Of a DNA stretch of 64,000 nucleotides, positions 8,882 through 17,439 are shown piece by piece. Source of the stretch: an uncultured Chloroflexia bacterium (GTDB taxonomy: Bacteria; Chloroflexota; Limnocylindria; Limnocylindrales; CSP1-4). Within the stretch, counting starts at the first letter, position 1. Every line of letters begins with the position of its first letter. The notes under the pieces are model-generated. The model had not been told where the DNA came from. It made no database searches and worked only from the letters and a program-made list of their open reading frames with translations. The stretch spans positions 154,888 through 218,887 of the forward strand of contig CAVPIF010000003.1 of NCBI GenBank assembly GCA_963704935.1, written 5' to 3'. A program made the translations under genes and the position numbers.

Positions 8882-10446
8882 GACGGGCGCGGGCGGCGAA
8901 GCGCGTCGACCATGAGCCCGACGATAGCGGGCAGTTCCGCGATCCGCAACGCCCGGGCCGACAGCAGGAAGACCGCCCCGAAGACGGCCGTCACGGCCGC
9001 GATGACGACGGCCGAGCCGACGACGGCCGACATCGACGCCGCGACCTCGGCGATCGCGCCGCGGACCAGGATCCCGGCGGCCGCGGCGATCACCGACGCC
9101 ACCGCGGTCAGGAGCATCGTCCGGCCGACCAGGCCGAACCGCAGCGCGGCATTGCGTCGGTGGAGCAGGGCGGCCAGCGCTCCCGCCTCCAGCCACGCGG
9201 CGGTGGCGATCGCCAGCGCGACGCCGGGCAGGCCAAGCGGGCCCGCGAGGAGCACGGCGAGGGTCGTGTTGACCACGACCGCGGCGATCGCCACGAGGAC
9301 CGGCGTGAGCGTGTCCTGTCGAGCGTAGAACGCACGTGCGAGCACGGCGATGAGCGAGTGCGCCACGAGGCCGACGAGGAAGGCCAGCAGGGTCGACGCG
9401 GTCAGCGCGATCGCGTCGGTGGAGAAGCCGGGGCCGAACAGCATCGTGACGGTCTCCGTACGGACGATCGCGGCGAGGGCAGCGATCGGCAGCATCGTGA
9501 AGACGATGATCCGGAGTGCCCGGGTCAGCAGGGCGATGTACTCCGCCTCGCGGCCCGACGCCACCTCACGCGCGAGGGACGGCATCAGGACGACGCCCAG
9601 CGGGACGCCGATCACGCCGATGGGGATCTGGAGGAGCGTGAACGCGACCGTGAACGCCGTCACCGCACCGATCCCGAGGGTCGTGGCGATGGACGTGACG
9701 ACCACGAACGTGATCTGGCTGGCCCCCAGGCCGATCGCCCGCGGGACCATCAGACCGATCGCCTTGCGAGCTGCCGGGTCACCGGCGTCGATCGACGGCG
9801 TATAGCGGAATCCGATCCGCCGGAGCGGTGGCACCTGCACGAGCACGTGCCCGACGGCGCCGGCCACCACGCCGAGGGCGATGCCCATGATCCCCATCGA
9901 CGGGTACAGGATGAGCGTGCCACCGATGATCGCGAGGTTGTAGATGCTGGGTGCCACGGCCGCGGCGGCAAACCGGCCCGACGCGTTCAGGGCACTCGTC
10001 GCGACGGCTCCCATGGCCAGCGCCACGGCAGACAGCAGCATGATCCTCGTGAGATCCACGGTGGTCGCCGTGGTCGCGGCGTCGAATCCGGGGGTGATCA
10101 CCGGGACGATCGCCGGGGCGAGGACGAACATCACGGCCGCCAGGAGCGCAAGGGCCACCAGCATGAGGTTCGCGACCGTGGACACCACGCGCCAGGCCCG
10201 CGCCGAGCCGTCCGTCGCCAGCAGGCTGGAGATGATCGGGATCAGGGCGGAGCTCAGGGCGCCGGCTGCCACCAGCTGGAAGATGAGGTCCGGGATCCGG
10301 AACGCCGCGTAGAACGCGTCGAGGTCCGCGGTCGCGCCGACCGTGTTGCCGATGGCCACGAGGCGGACCCAGCCCAGGACCCGCGACGCAAGGAACGCGC
10401 CGGAAACGATGAGGCCCGCACGGGCGAGCGTCCGGGACGCGGTCAC
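8878..10446 (-). CDS. murJ: lipid II flippase MurJ (MviN family)
   Basis: 522 aa after trimming, polytopic. N-terminal signature SGAFLASRVLGWVRLVAIGNTVGATADLDAFYAAFRIPDLIF. GTG 10446 overlaps the xerC stop (GTGA). Confidence 0.9.
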   Translation of the reverse strand: MTASRTLARAGLIVSGAFLASRVLGWVRLVAIGNTVGATADLDAFYAAFRIPDLIFQLVAAGALSSALIPIISSLLATDGSARAWRVVSTVANLMLVALALLAAVMFVLAPAIVPVITPGFDAATTATTVDLTRIMLLSAVALAMGAVATSALNASGRFAAAAVAPSIYNLAIIGGTLILYPSMGIMGIALGVVAGAVGHVLVQVPPLRRIGFRYTPSIDAGDPAARKAIGLMVPRAIGLGASQITFVVVTSIATTLGIGAVTAFTVAFTLLQIPIGVIGVPLGVVLMPSLAREVASGREAEYIALLTRALRIIVFTMLPIAALAAIVRTETVTMLFGPGFSTDAIALTASTLLAFLVGLVAHSLIAVLARAFYARQDTLTPVLVAIAAVVVNTTLAVLLAGPLGLPGVALAIATAAWLEAGALAALLHRRNAALRFGLVGRTMLLTAVASVIAAAAGILVRGAIAEVAASMSAVVGSAVVIAAVTAVFGAVFLLSARALRIAELPAIVGLMVDALRRPRPS

Positions 10447-11441
10447 GGTCGACCGGGCGACGGGCGACGAGCGCGCGGATGGGCGTCCCGGTACGCGTCC
10501 CTGAGGCGGCCCGGCGAGACGTGGGTGTAGATCTGCGTCGTGGCCAGGTTCTCGTGACCCAGCAGTTCCTGGACGACGCGCAGGTCCGCCCCACCGTCCA
10601 GCAGGTGCGTCGCGAACGAGTGCCGCAGGGTGTGCGGCGTCACGCCCTCGGGCAGGCCGGCTCGCCGACACAGCCCATCGAGGCGGTAGCGCAGTCCTCG
10701 GACACCCAGGGGCCGGCCGCGGTGATTCAGGAAGATCTCGGCGGGCGGCGTGACGCCCGCACCGTCGGCAACGACACGCGACAGCAGGATCGGTCGCGCC
10801 TCCTCCAGGTACGTGACGATCGCGCCGATCGCCGGCCGGCCCAGGAGGCCGACCCGTTCCTTGCGGCCCTTGCCGATCACGCGGATCTCCCCGCGCCGAA
10901 GGTCCAGCGAACCGAGATCAGCCGAGGCCAGCTCGCTGATCCGCAGGCCGGAGGCGTAGGCCGTTTCGACGAGCGCCCGGTCGCGCTGTGCCAGGGCGAC
11001 GGCGACGGCTGCGCCGGTCCCGGTCCGCGCGGCCGCCTCGGTCAACTCCTCGTCCACGGCCGCCAGCAGGCGTTCGACTTGCGACGACTCGAGGACGCGC
11101 GGAAGGCGGCGCGGGAGGCGCGGCGTCGCGATGGCGCCCCACGGATCGCCCGGGGCGAGATCCTCCCGGGTCGCCCACCGGTGGAACGAGCGGATCGCAG
11201 CCAGGCGCTGGGCGACCGTCGTGCGCGAGCCGGTCTCGGCCAGGCGGGCGAGATAGGCCCGCAGGTCGACGCGGCCCGGACGGCGCCAGTCGACCTCGCG
11301 CTGCACCAGCCAATCGAGGTACGCCTCGACGGCCGTGCGATAGGCGCGGACCGTGTTGGGCGATGCGTCCCGCGCCACGAGCGCCTGGAGGAACCGTTGC
11401 AGCGCCGGGTGAGCCGAGGATCCGGGCGCGTCCCGGCTCAC
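10443..11441 (-). CDS. xerC: site-specific tyrosine recombinase XerC/XerD family
   Basis: 332 aa with an N-terminal SAM-like core-binding domain. Catalytic residues lie in ASGLRISEL, TLRHSFATHLL and GHENLATTQIYTHV. The start overlaps the topA stop. Confidence 0.88.
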   Translation of the reverse strand: MSRDAPGSSAHPALQRFLQALVARDASPNTVRAYRTAVEAYLDWLVQREVDWRRPGRVDLRAYLARLAETGSRTTVAQRLAAIRSFHRWATREDLAPGDPWGAIATPRLPRRLPRVLESSQVERLLAAVDEELTEAAARTGTGAAVAVALAQRDRALVETAYASGLRISELASADLGSLDLRRGEIRVIGKGRKERVGLLGRPAIGAIVTYLEEARPILLSRVVADGAGVTPPAEIFLNHRGRPLGVRGLRYRLDGLCRRAGLPEGVTPHTLRHSFATHLLDGGADLRVVQELLGHENLATTQIYTHVSPGRLRDAYRDAHPRARRPSPGRP

Positions 11442-13894
11442 GCGCCGGCGGCCGGCTCGGTCGGGCGTCCGCGTCGCATCGTGTTGCGGGTGCCGCCGCG
11501 CGACCCTCCCCGGCCACGGGTGCCCGCGCCACCGGAGCGGGGCGCCCGCGCGGGTCGGGCCAGGGCAGTGGGGTCGGCCGGACCACCGGCGTAGCGGGTC
11601 CCGGGGGCGACGTTCTCGGGCGAGACCTCACTCGCCGAACCGCAGATCAGGCAGATCGCCGCCTCGCCCTTGCGCGCCAGCGGGCCGTCGTCGACATCGT
11701 GCAGGCCACCGAGCGGCTCGTAGTTCGTCGTGAAGTCACATTTCGGGTACTTGGCGCACCCCCAGAAGACGTTGCCGGTCCGCCGGGCTCGCCGCGGCAC
11801 GAGCAGGCCGTCGCCATTCTTCGGGCAGGTGACCGCGAACGGGAGCGGGTCCGGCGGCGGCGGGCCGTCCTTCTTGATGTAGTCGCAGTCGGGGTAGCGG
11901 GAGCAGCCGACGAACGGTCCGAACCGACCACGCTTGCCGACGAGCGTGCCCTCGGCACACTTCGGACACACCTCTCCTGTCCCCTCCTGGGGCGGCGGCT
12001 CATCGCCGGGGAGCGGGCGTGATTCCTTGTGCTCCGGGAAGAGCGAGCAGGCCAGGAACCGGCCATTCCTCCCGAGGCGGATCACCATCGGGTGGCCCTC
12101 GGAACAGACCTCGTCCGACGCTTCGGTCGTGAAGTCGCTGCGCCGAAGCTCGCGGCGCTTCTCTTCGACACGATCGCGAAGCGGGGCGTAGAACGCCTGG
12201 AGCAGCGGCACCCAGGGGCGCTCACCCCGCGCGACCTCGTCGAGCTCCTCTTCCATGCGGGCCGTGAAAGCGAGATCGACGTAGTCGCCGAAATGCTCGA
12301 CCAGGAGGTCCGTCACGATGCCGGCCACGGGCTCCGGCCACAGCCGGCGCTCCTCGACTCGGACGTACCCGCGATCCACGATCGTCGAGATCGTCGCCGC
12401 GTACGTGGACGGGCGCCCGATGCCGTGCTCCTCCAGCGCCTTGATGAGGGTCGCCTCCGTGAACCGCGGCGGGGGTTCGGTGAAGTGCTGGGTCGGCGTG
12501 ACCTCGCCGACGGTGGTCACGTCGCCCTCGGCAAGCGACGGCAGCCGGCCCGTATCCTCCTCCTCGTCCGCGCCGTCGTCCCTCCCCTCCGTGTAGACCC
12601 GGGCGAACCCCTCGAACAACGTCCTGGTGGAGCTCGCCCGCAGTTCGTACGGCCCGTCCGCCAGGTCGGCCGTCGTCGTCTCGAGCTCCTTGGGGGCCAT
12701 CTGCGAGGCGAGGGCACGCTGCCAGATCAGCCGGTAGAGGCGCAGTTCTTCCGGCTTGAGGGCGTCGGCCAGCGAATCCGGATCCCGTCGGAAGGACGTC
12801 GGCCGGATCGACTCATGGGCTTCCTGGGCACCCCTGGCCTTGGTCTTGTAGACGCGCCCCTTCGGCATCGTGAACGATTCCCCGTAGCGCTCGCCGATGA
12901 CGTCCCGTGCCTCACTCATCGCGACGCCGGCGATCGCGGTCGAATCCGTCCGCATGTAGGTGATCAGACCCACTTGCCCGTCCGGGGTCGCCACGCCCTC
13001 GTACAGGCGCTGCGCCACCGACATCGTCCGCTTGGGACTGAACGACAGCTTGCGACTGGCCTCCTGCTGGAGCGTCGAGGTCGTGAACGGCGGGGCGGGA
13101 GAACGCTTCTGGGTCCGAACCGCGACCTTGCGCACGACGGGTTGCGCCGAGCCGAGCGCGGCCACGTGCCGCTCCGCGGTGGCCTCGTCCGGGACGTCCA
13201 GGGCCTCACCGTCGATCCGGACGAGCTCGGCCGCGAACGTCTCGCCGGTGGCCGTGGCCAGCAGGGCCTGGATCGTCCAGTACTCACGCGCGGTGAAGGC
13301 ATCGATCTCGCGTTCTCGTTCGACCACGAGCCGCACCGCGACGCTCTGCACGCGTCCAGCCGACAGGCCGCCACGGACCTTGCGCGACAGCAGCGGACTG
13401 AGCGTGTAGCCCACGAGCCGATCCACGATCCGGCGCGTCTGCTGCGCGTCGACGAGGTTGCGGTCGATCTGCCGCGGGTTCGCGAACGCCTCGAGGATCG
13501 CGACCTCCGTGATCTCGCTGAAGGTCACGCGCTGGGTCTTGGCCGCGGGGACGCCGGCGGCCTCGGCGACGTGCCAGGCGATCGCCTCGCCCTCGCGGTC
13601 GAGGTCGGTCGCGAGATAGACCATGTCCGAGCCGCGGGCCGCCTTGGCGATCTCGTTGACCTGCTTGCGCCGGTCCTCGCTGATGACGTACTCAGGGGCG
13701 AAGTCGTGGTCGACGTCGACACCGAACTTGCCCTTGCCCGGGTTCTCCGGCAGGTCGCGGACGTGGCCGTAGGACGCCAGGACGCGGTAGTCCGGACCCA
13801 GGTAGCGCTCGATGGTCCGCGCCTTGGCGGGTGATTCGACGATGACAAGGTTCTTCGGCACGGCCGGGAGTGTAGCACCGGGTCCTGCACCCAC
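11438..13894 (-). CDS. topA: DNA topoisomerase I
   Basis: 818 aa with TOPRIM NLVIVESPAKARTIERYLG and a type IA core. C-terminal Cys4 zinc ribbons (CSEGH..C, CPKC..C, CSRYPDC, CAKYPKC) are followed by a basic tail. Confidence 0.97.
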   Translation of the reverse strand: MGAGPGATLPAVPKNLVIVESPAKARTIERYLGPDYRVLASYGHVRDLPENPGKGKFGVDVDHDFAPEYVISEDRRKQVNEIAKAARGSDMVYLATDLDREGEAIAWHVAEAAGVPAAKTQRVTFSEITEVAILEAFANPRQIDRNLVDAQQTRRIVDRLVGYTLSPLLSRKVRGGLSAGRVQSVAVRLVVEREREIDAFTAREYWTIQALLATATGETFAAELVRIDGEALDVPDEATAERHVAALGSAQPVVRKVAVRTQKRSPAPPFTTSTLQQEASRKLSFSPKRTMSVAQRLYEGVATPDGQVGLITYMRTDSTAIAGVAMSEARDVIGERYGESFTMPKGRVYKTKARGAQEAHESIRPTSFRRDPDSLADALKPEELRLYRLIWQRALASQMAPKELETTTADLADGPYELRASSTRTLFEGFARVYTEGRDDGADEEEDTGRLPSLAEGDVTTVGEVTPTQHFTEPPPRFTEATLIKALEEHGIGRPSTYAATISTIVDRGYVRVEERRLWPEPVAGIVTDLLVEHFGDYVDLAFTARMEEELDEVARGERPWVPLLQAFYAPLRDRVEEKRRELRRSDFTTEASDEVCSEGHPMVIRLGRNGRFLACSLFPEHKESRPLPGDEPPPQEGTGEVCPKCAEGTLVGKRGRFGPFVGCSRYPDCDYIKKDGPPPPDPLPFAVTCPKNGDGLLVPRRARRTGNVFWGCAKYPKCDFTTNYEPLGGLHDVDDGPLARKGEAAICLICGSASEVSPENVAPGTRYAGGPADPTALARPARAPRSGGAGTRGRGGSRGGTRNTMRRGRPTEPAAGA

Positions 13895-13932
13895 CCGTCG
13901 CCGTCGGCGTCGCTTCGCGGTGGTCGCAGCGG

Positions 13933-13949
13933 CGCGCCCGAAGGGCGCG
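13933..13949 (-). terminator. GC-rich hairpin just 3' of ORF 13954..14304
   Basis: CGCGCCC-GAA-GGGCGCG gives a 7-bp stem. There is no U-tract, so it may be a stabiliser or attenuator rather than an intrinsic terminator. Confidence 0.2.
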
Positions 13950-13953
13950 GCCG

Positions 13954-14304
13954 TCAGGCCTCGCGGATGCGACGGAGGAAGTCCTCGTCGATCTCCAGGT
14001 CTCCGTCCTGGTCACCTGCGGAGCCTGCCACGCCGTTGCCCCCGTCTCCGGTGGCGGCGCCGACCGGCAGCGGGACCTCCAGGGACGTCCCCAGGGCCGC
14101 GGCGGGCGGGATCTCGACGAACCGGACATGCAGGTACGGGAAGAAGAAGACGGAGGCGATGTCATCGACGAAGACCGGGCGCTTGCCGTTCAGCATCCGC
14201 AGGTTCGTGCAGCGCAGGCCGACGTCACCGGCTTCGGGCAGTTCGAAGAGGTCGGCCTGGAGTGGCTGCTCGTTGTTGAGATGGATGACGGCATTACGGA
14301 TCAC
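13954..14304 (-). CDS. hypothetical small protein with acidic C-terminus
   Basis: Proposed GTG start at 14304 (VIRNAVIHLNNEQPLQADLFELPEAG...FFFPYLHVRFVEI...DLEIDEDFLRRIREA). The longer track ORF would overlap the upstream gene. No family recognised. Confidence 0.4.
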   Translation of the reverse strand: MIRNAVIHLNNEQPLQADLFELPEAGDVGLRCTNLRMLNGKRPVFVDDIASVFFFPYLHVRFVEIPPAAALGTSLEVPLPVGAATGDGGNGVAGSAGDQDGDLEIDEDFLRRIREA

Positions 14305-14357
14305 CGGCGCATGGTGCGCCCGGGGAGGCCGGTCGGCGAGGGACCCGAAGGTCCGGT

Positions 14358-15989
14358 CTACGGGTGGTAGAAGTCGACGACCAGGCGGACGCGACCGGAC
14401 GACACCCAGACGCCGATCCCGACGCGGTCGTACTTGCTGTTCATGAGGTTGACGTAGTGGCCCCCGTTGTAGGACTTCTCGCTCTGGAAGTAGCGATGGC
14501 TTCCCAGGACGGCGGCGTAGGCGTTCCCGGACCGACAACCGAGGTTCTCCGCCCAGGTGTAGTTCGTGTACCCGGCGCGGCGCAGACGGTCACCGGGGTT
14601 CCCCCCGATGAAGTGGCTGCAATCGCCGCGGGTGGCGAGGAGCTTGGCGTACGGTCGGGAGACCTTGTCGCTGATCCCGGCATTCAGCTTGAGGGGGGCG
14701 ACATTGCGGCCACCCGGGCTACTGCACGATCCGCTCGACGTGACCGTGCCGCCGGTCCGCGTGCAGTTCATCAGGCCCAGGTAGTAGCGTTCCACGGCCG
14801 CCCAGCTCCCCGACCCGACGGACCCGCCGCCGCCGCCGGTCCCGGCGCCGCCGGACGACCCACCGCTCGAGGTCTCGGGGGCCTTGGTCTCCTTCTTCGT
14901 GCGGAAGGTGGCACTGGCGGCCTGTTCGACCCCTGCGCCCTCTGCCGATCGGGCATCGGCGCCGACGGTCGCCACCACCTTGGCGTCGTAGGGGAGGATC
15001 TTGTCGGGATCGAACACCAGGACGGTGTCCTCCTCGGCGAACCTGATCTTCCCCGCCACGGCCTTCCCGTCGACGAGGACCGTGAACGCCGCCCGGGTCG
15101 AATCGCGGTCCATCGACCGGGTGAAGCGGACGGAGATGGCGACGTCCCGCTCCACGGCGGTCGTATCCGCCCGCGGCCGGAAGCGCACGACCGCAGGAGC
15201 GACGATGGTCTGGACCTGGAGCGAGCGCTGCCCGACAGGCAGGCCGTCAACGTCGCGGACCCCGTCGACCACGAGCCGGTACTTCGTCCCTGCCGCCAGC
15301 GGCGCCTCCGGCCGGAAGGTGTAGCGGATCTGCCCGTCGACCACCGGCAGTGGCGTCAACAGACCGTCGACCGCGGGATCGAGGCGGACCGCCCCGACGA
15401 GCGAGGAACGGTCGATGGCCCGATCGAACGAGATGGTGAACGCCGTATCCGCCGCGACCCTGCTGTCGATCCGACGGTCCGCGGACAGGATGGTGACCGT
15501 CGGCGGCCGGGTCAGGAAGACGGATCGCACGGGCATGGACAGGGGTCGGCCGTTCTGGGCGAGTGCGCCTGGCTCCACCGTGACCGTGTGGTACGCGCCG
15601 GCCGACCATCGCGTCTGCGGGTCGATGGTGAGCATCGTCCCGGCCGCGTCCCAGGTGAGCCGGATGGGCGTTGCCGGATCCACGACGATGGCCGACGCGA
15701 CCGATGCCGCCACCATCGGCGTGCTGAACGTGATCGTGATGGGGGCATCGACGGCGAGGTCCGTGGCGATCCGCGTGCTGAACGCCGCCTGCGTCAGCGG
15801 CACGATCTCCGTCGGGGGGGACGCCGTCGTCGCGGTGGGCCGGACGAGGGACATGATCCCGAGACCCATCAGCGCGCCCAGCACGAGTCCGGCCCCGAGC
15901 CGGGCGACCAGTGACCTCCGCAAGGCGGCCGTGAGATAGACGGCAGCGAGGACCGGGATCGCGACGAGGGCGACGAGAAGCTTCCGCAA
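14358..15989 (-). CDS. membrane-anchored protein with tandem Ig-like (SbsA/Big_5-like) domains and a C-terminal CAP/SCP/PR-1-like domain
   Basis: 543 aa, TTG start. N-terminal hydrophobic segments are followed by about four ~95-aa repeats carrying I/V-x-F-x-x-x-M/I-D motifs (ITFSTPM, ISFDRAID, VRFTRSMD). A Gly/Ser linker leads to an SCP-like end (GHYVNLMNSKYDRVGIGVW). Confidence 0.72.
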   Translation of the reverse strand: MRKLLVALVAIPVLAAVYLTAALRRSLVARLGAGLVLGALMGLGIMSLVRPTATTASPPTEIVPLTQAAFSTRIATDLAVDAPITITFSTPMVAASVASAIVVDPATPIRLTWDAAGTMLTIDPQTRWSAGAYHTVTVEPGALAQNGRPLSMPVRSVFLTRPPTVTILSADRRIDSRVAADTAFTISFDRAIDRSSLVGAVRLDPAVDGLLTPLPVVDGQIRYTFRPEAPLAAGTKYRLVVDGVRDVDGLPVGQRSLQVQTIVAPAVVRFRPRADTTAVERDVAISVRFTRSMDRDSTRAAFTVLVDGKAVAGKIRFAEEDTVLVFDPDKILPYDAKVVATVGADARSAEGAGVEQAASATFRTKKETKAPETSSGGSSGGAGTGGGGGSVGSGSWAAVERYYLGLMNCTRTGGTVTSSGSCSSPGGRNVAPLKLNAGISDKVSRPYAKLLATRGDCSHFIGGNPGDRLRRAGYTNYTWAENLGCRSGNAYAAVLGSHRYFQSEKSYNGGHYVNLMNSKYDRVGIGVWVSSGRVRLVVDFYHP

Positions 15990-16080
15990 TATCGTTCCCG
16001 GCTATTCGCACGGTGGGGACGGCGCCGGCTGGGGGCACCTTGGTGGCCGTCCGGGACGCGCGGTAACGCGACCACGGGTC

Positions 16081-16110
16081 AGGGTAGCATCGGCCGGCGA
16101 ACTGCGGCAA
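16081..16110 (-). promoter_or_regulatory. possible sigma-70-type promoter for the Ig-like/CAP gene
   Basis: On the minus strand: TTGCCG, an 18-nt spacer, then TACCCT (TAnnnT), in the 139-nt gap downstream of dprA. Pattern match only. Confidence 0.2.
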
Positions 16111-16128
16111 ACGGAACGGTTCGCGGAG

Positions 16129-17439
16129 TCAGCGGGGCATCGGCGGCGGCGGCTCCCCGAGGAGCGGGCCTGCAGCTCGGTAGCGGCCGTGCACGCCGGC
16201 CGCCAGCCCGAGGTGCTCCAGGTACCCGAGAGCCGCCAGGACGGTCGCGACCGTCAGGTCCGTCGTCGCGACGAGCTCGTCCACGGTCGCCAGCCCCTGG
16301 AGCAGGCCGGTGGCGACGAGCTGACCCGTGCGGCCGAGGTCCTGGAGTGCCGCAGCGGCCAGCCGGTCGGGGGCCGGGCCGTCGGCCAGCGTCCGGATCC
16401 CGACTTGAACGAGACCGAGGTCGGCGATCAGCTGGGGAATGCCCGCCACGATGTGCGTCGCGACGTGGAACTCACGCAGGAAGGCGAGGCAGCCGGCCGA
16501 CGCCGGGTCGTCCAGCCGTCCCGGCACGAGGTAGCACTCGCGCCCCTGCTCAAGGGCCCAAGACGCGGTGATGAGCGCGCCGCTGCGGGCCGGAGCCTCG
16601 ACCACGACCGTCGCGTCGGCGAGGCCACTGATGATCCGGTTCCGGCGCGGGAAGGTGCCGTGCGTCGGCTGCACATCGGGGCCGAGCTCGGAGACGACCG
16701 CGCCACCGGCGGCCAGGATCGCGTCGGCCAGGCGGCGATGCCCGGGCGGGATCGCGACGGCATGGCCACCCCCGATGACCGCGACCGTGGTCCCGTCGGC
16801 GCGGATCGTCGCCTCGTGCGCCGCGCCGTCGACGCCGTAGGCCAGGCCGGACACGACCGTGGCATCCGCGGCCACGAGGGCGGCGGCGATCCGACCCGTG
16901 GTGGCTCGCCCGGCGGCGGTCGGCCGACGAGTCCCGACCACGGCGACCGCGGCGTGGCGGGCCAGCGCGTCGGTCGCCCCACGTACGTACAGGACGTGGG
17001 GCGGCATCGCGATCGCCGCAAGCCGGGCCGGGTATGCCGGCTCCTCCATCGTGACGACCCGGATGTCGAGGGCGCGGACTCGCTCCAGCACATCGTGCCC
17101 ATCGTCGGCGGCGTCGACGATGGCAAGGGCCAGGCCGGGCGGCACCGGTCGACGGACCCGCCGCCCTGGTCGCCGATCCTGCGCCGGCGTGTCGGCGAGG
17201 CGCTCCAGGGCGCCCGGATCCCCGGCGGCGGCCACGATCGCACGTGCGGAACCGAACCGCGCCAACAGCGCAGCAAACGCGACGGGACCGAGGCCGTCCA
17301 CGACGCTGAGCACGGTCCATGCGTCCCGCTCCCCCGCATACGGATCAGGGCCGATCCCATCCGCGGGCGCGCCAGTCGTACTGGCAGTACCGGTGGCGGG
17401 GGCACGGGCGACCGGTCCGCTCGTCCCGACGCCCAGCAT
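16129..17439 (-). CDS. dprA: DNA-processing protein DprA (Smf)
   Basis: Rossmann-like DprA core VVGTRRPTAAG...VSGLAYGVDGAAH...GTFPRRNRIISGL and a C-terminal winged-helix-like tail. Its ATG shares one base with the comM stop (TGATG at 17437-17441). Confidence 0.92.
   Translation of the reverse strand: MLGVGTSGPVARAPATGTASTTGAPADGIGPDPYAGERDAWTVLSVVDGLGPVAFAALLARFGSARAIVAAAGDPGALERLADTPAQDRRPGRRVRRPVPPGLALAIVDAADDGHDVLERVRALDIRVVTMEEPAYPARLAAIAMPPHVLYVRGATDALARHAAVAVVGTRRPTAAGRATTGRIAAALVAADATVVSGLAYGVDGAAHEATIRADGTTVAVIGGGHAVAIPPGHRRLADAILAAGGAVVSELGPDVQPTHGTFPRRNRIISGLADATVVVEAPARSGALITASWALEQGRECYLVPGRLDDPASAGCLAFLREFHVATHIVAGIPQLIADLGLVQVGIRTLADGPAPDRLAAAALQDLGRTGQLVATGLLQGLATVDELVATTDLTVATVLAALGYLEHLGLAAGVHGRYRAAGPLLGEPPPPMPR

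Noticed and set aside
6630-10671. Long N-terminal extensions of the track ORFs for fem copy 1 (to 8162), fem copy 2 (to 9196) and murJ (to 10671). The same applies to tyrA (to 25985), flotillin (to 40666), the helicase-nuclease (to 60131), nfeD (to 24031), thpR (to 31375) and ychF (to 48265).
   Set aside because: The extensions are Arg/Pro/Gly-rich, overlap the upstream gene by hundreds of nt and exceed family lengths. In-frame GTG or ATG codons at the stop of the upstream gene give proteins of normal size.
10443-11441. Tyrosine recombinase as a marker of an integrated mobile element.
   Set aside because: It has the Xer-type motifs and sits, start-overlapped, between topA and murJ in a housekeeping array. 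No att-like repeats, phage genes or compositional shift occur around it.
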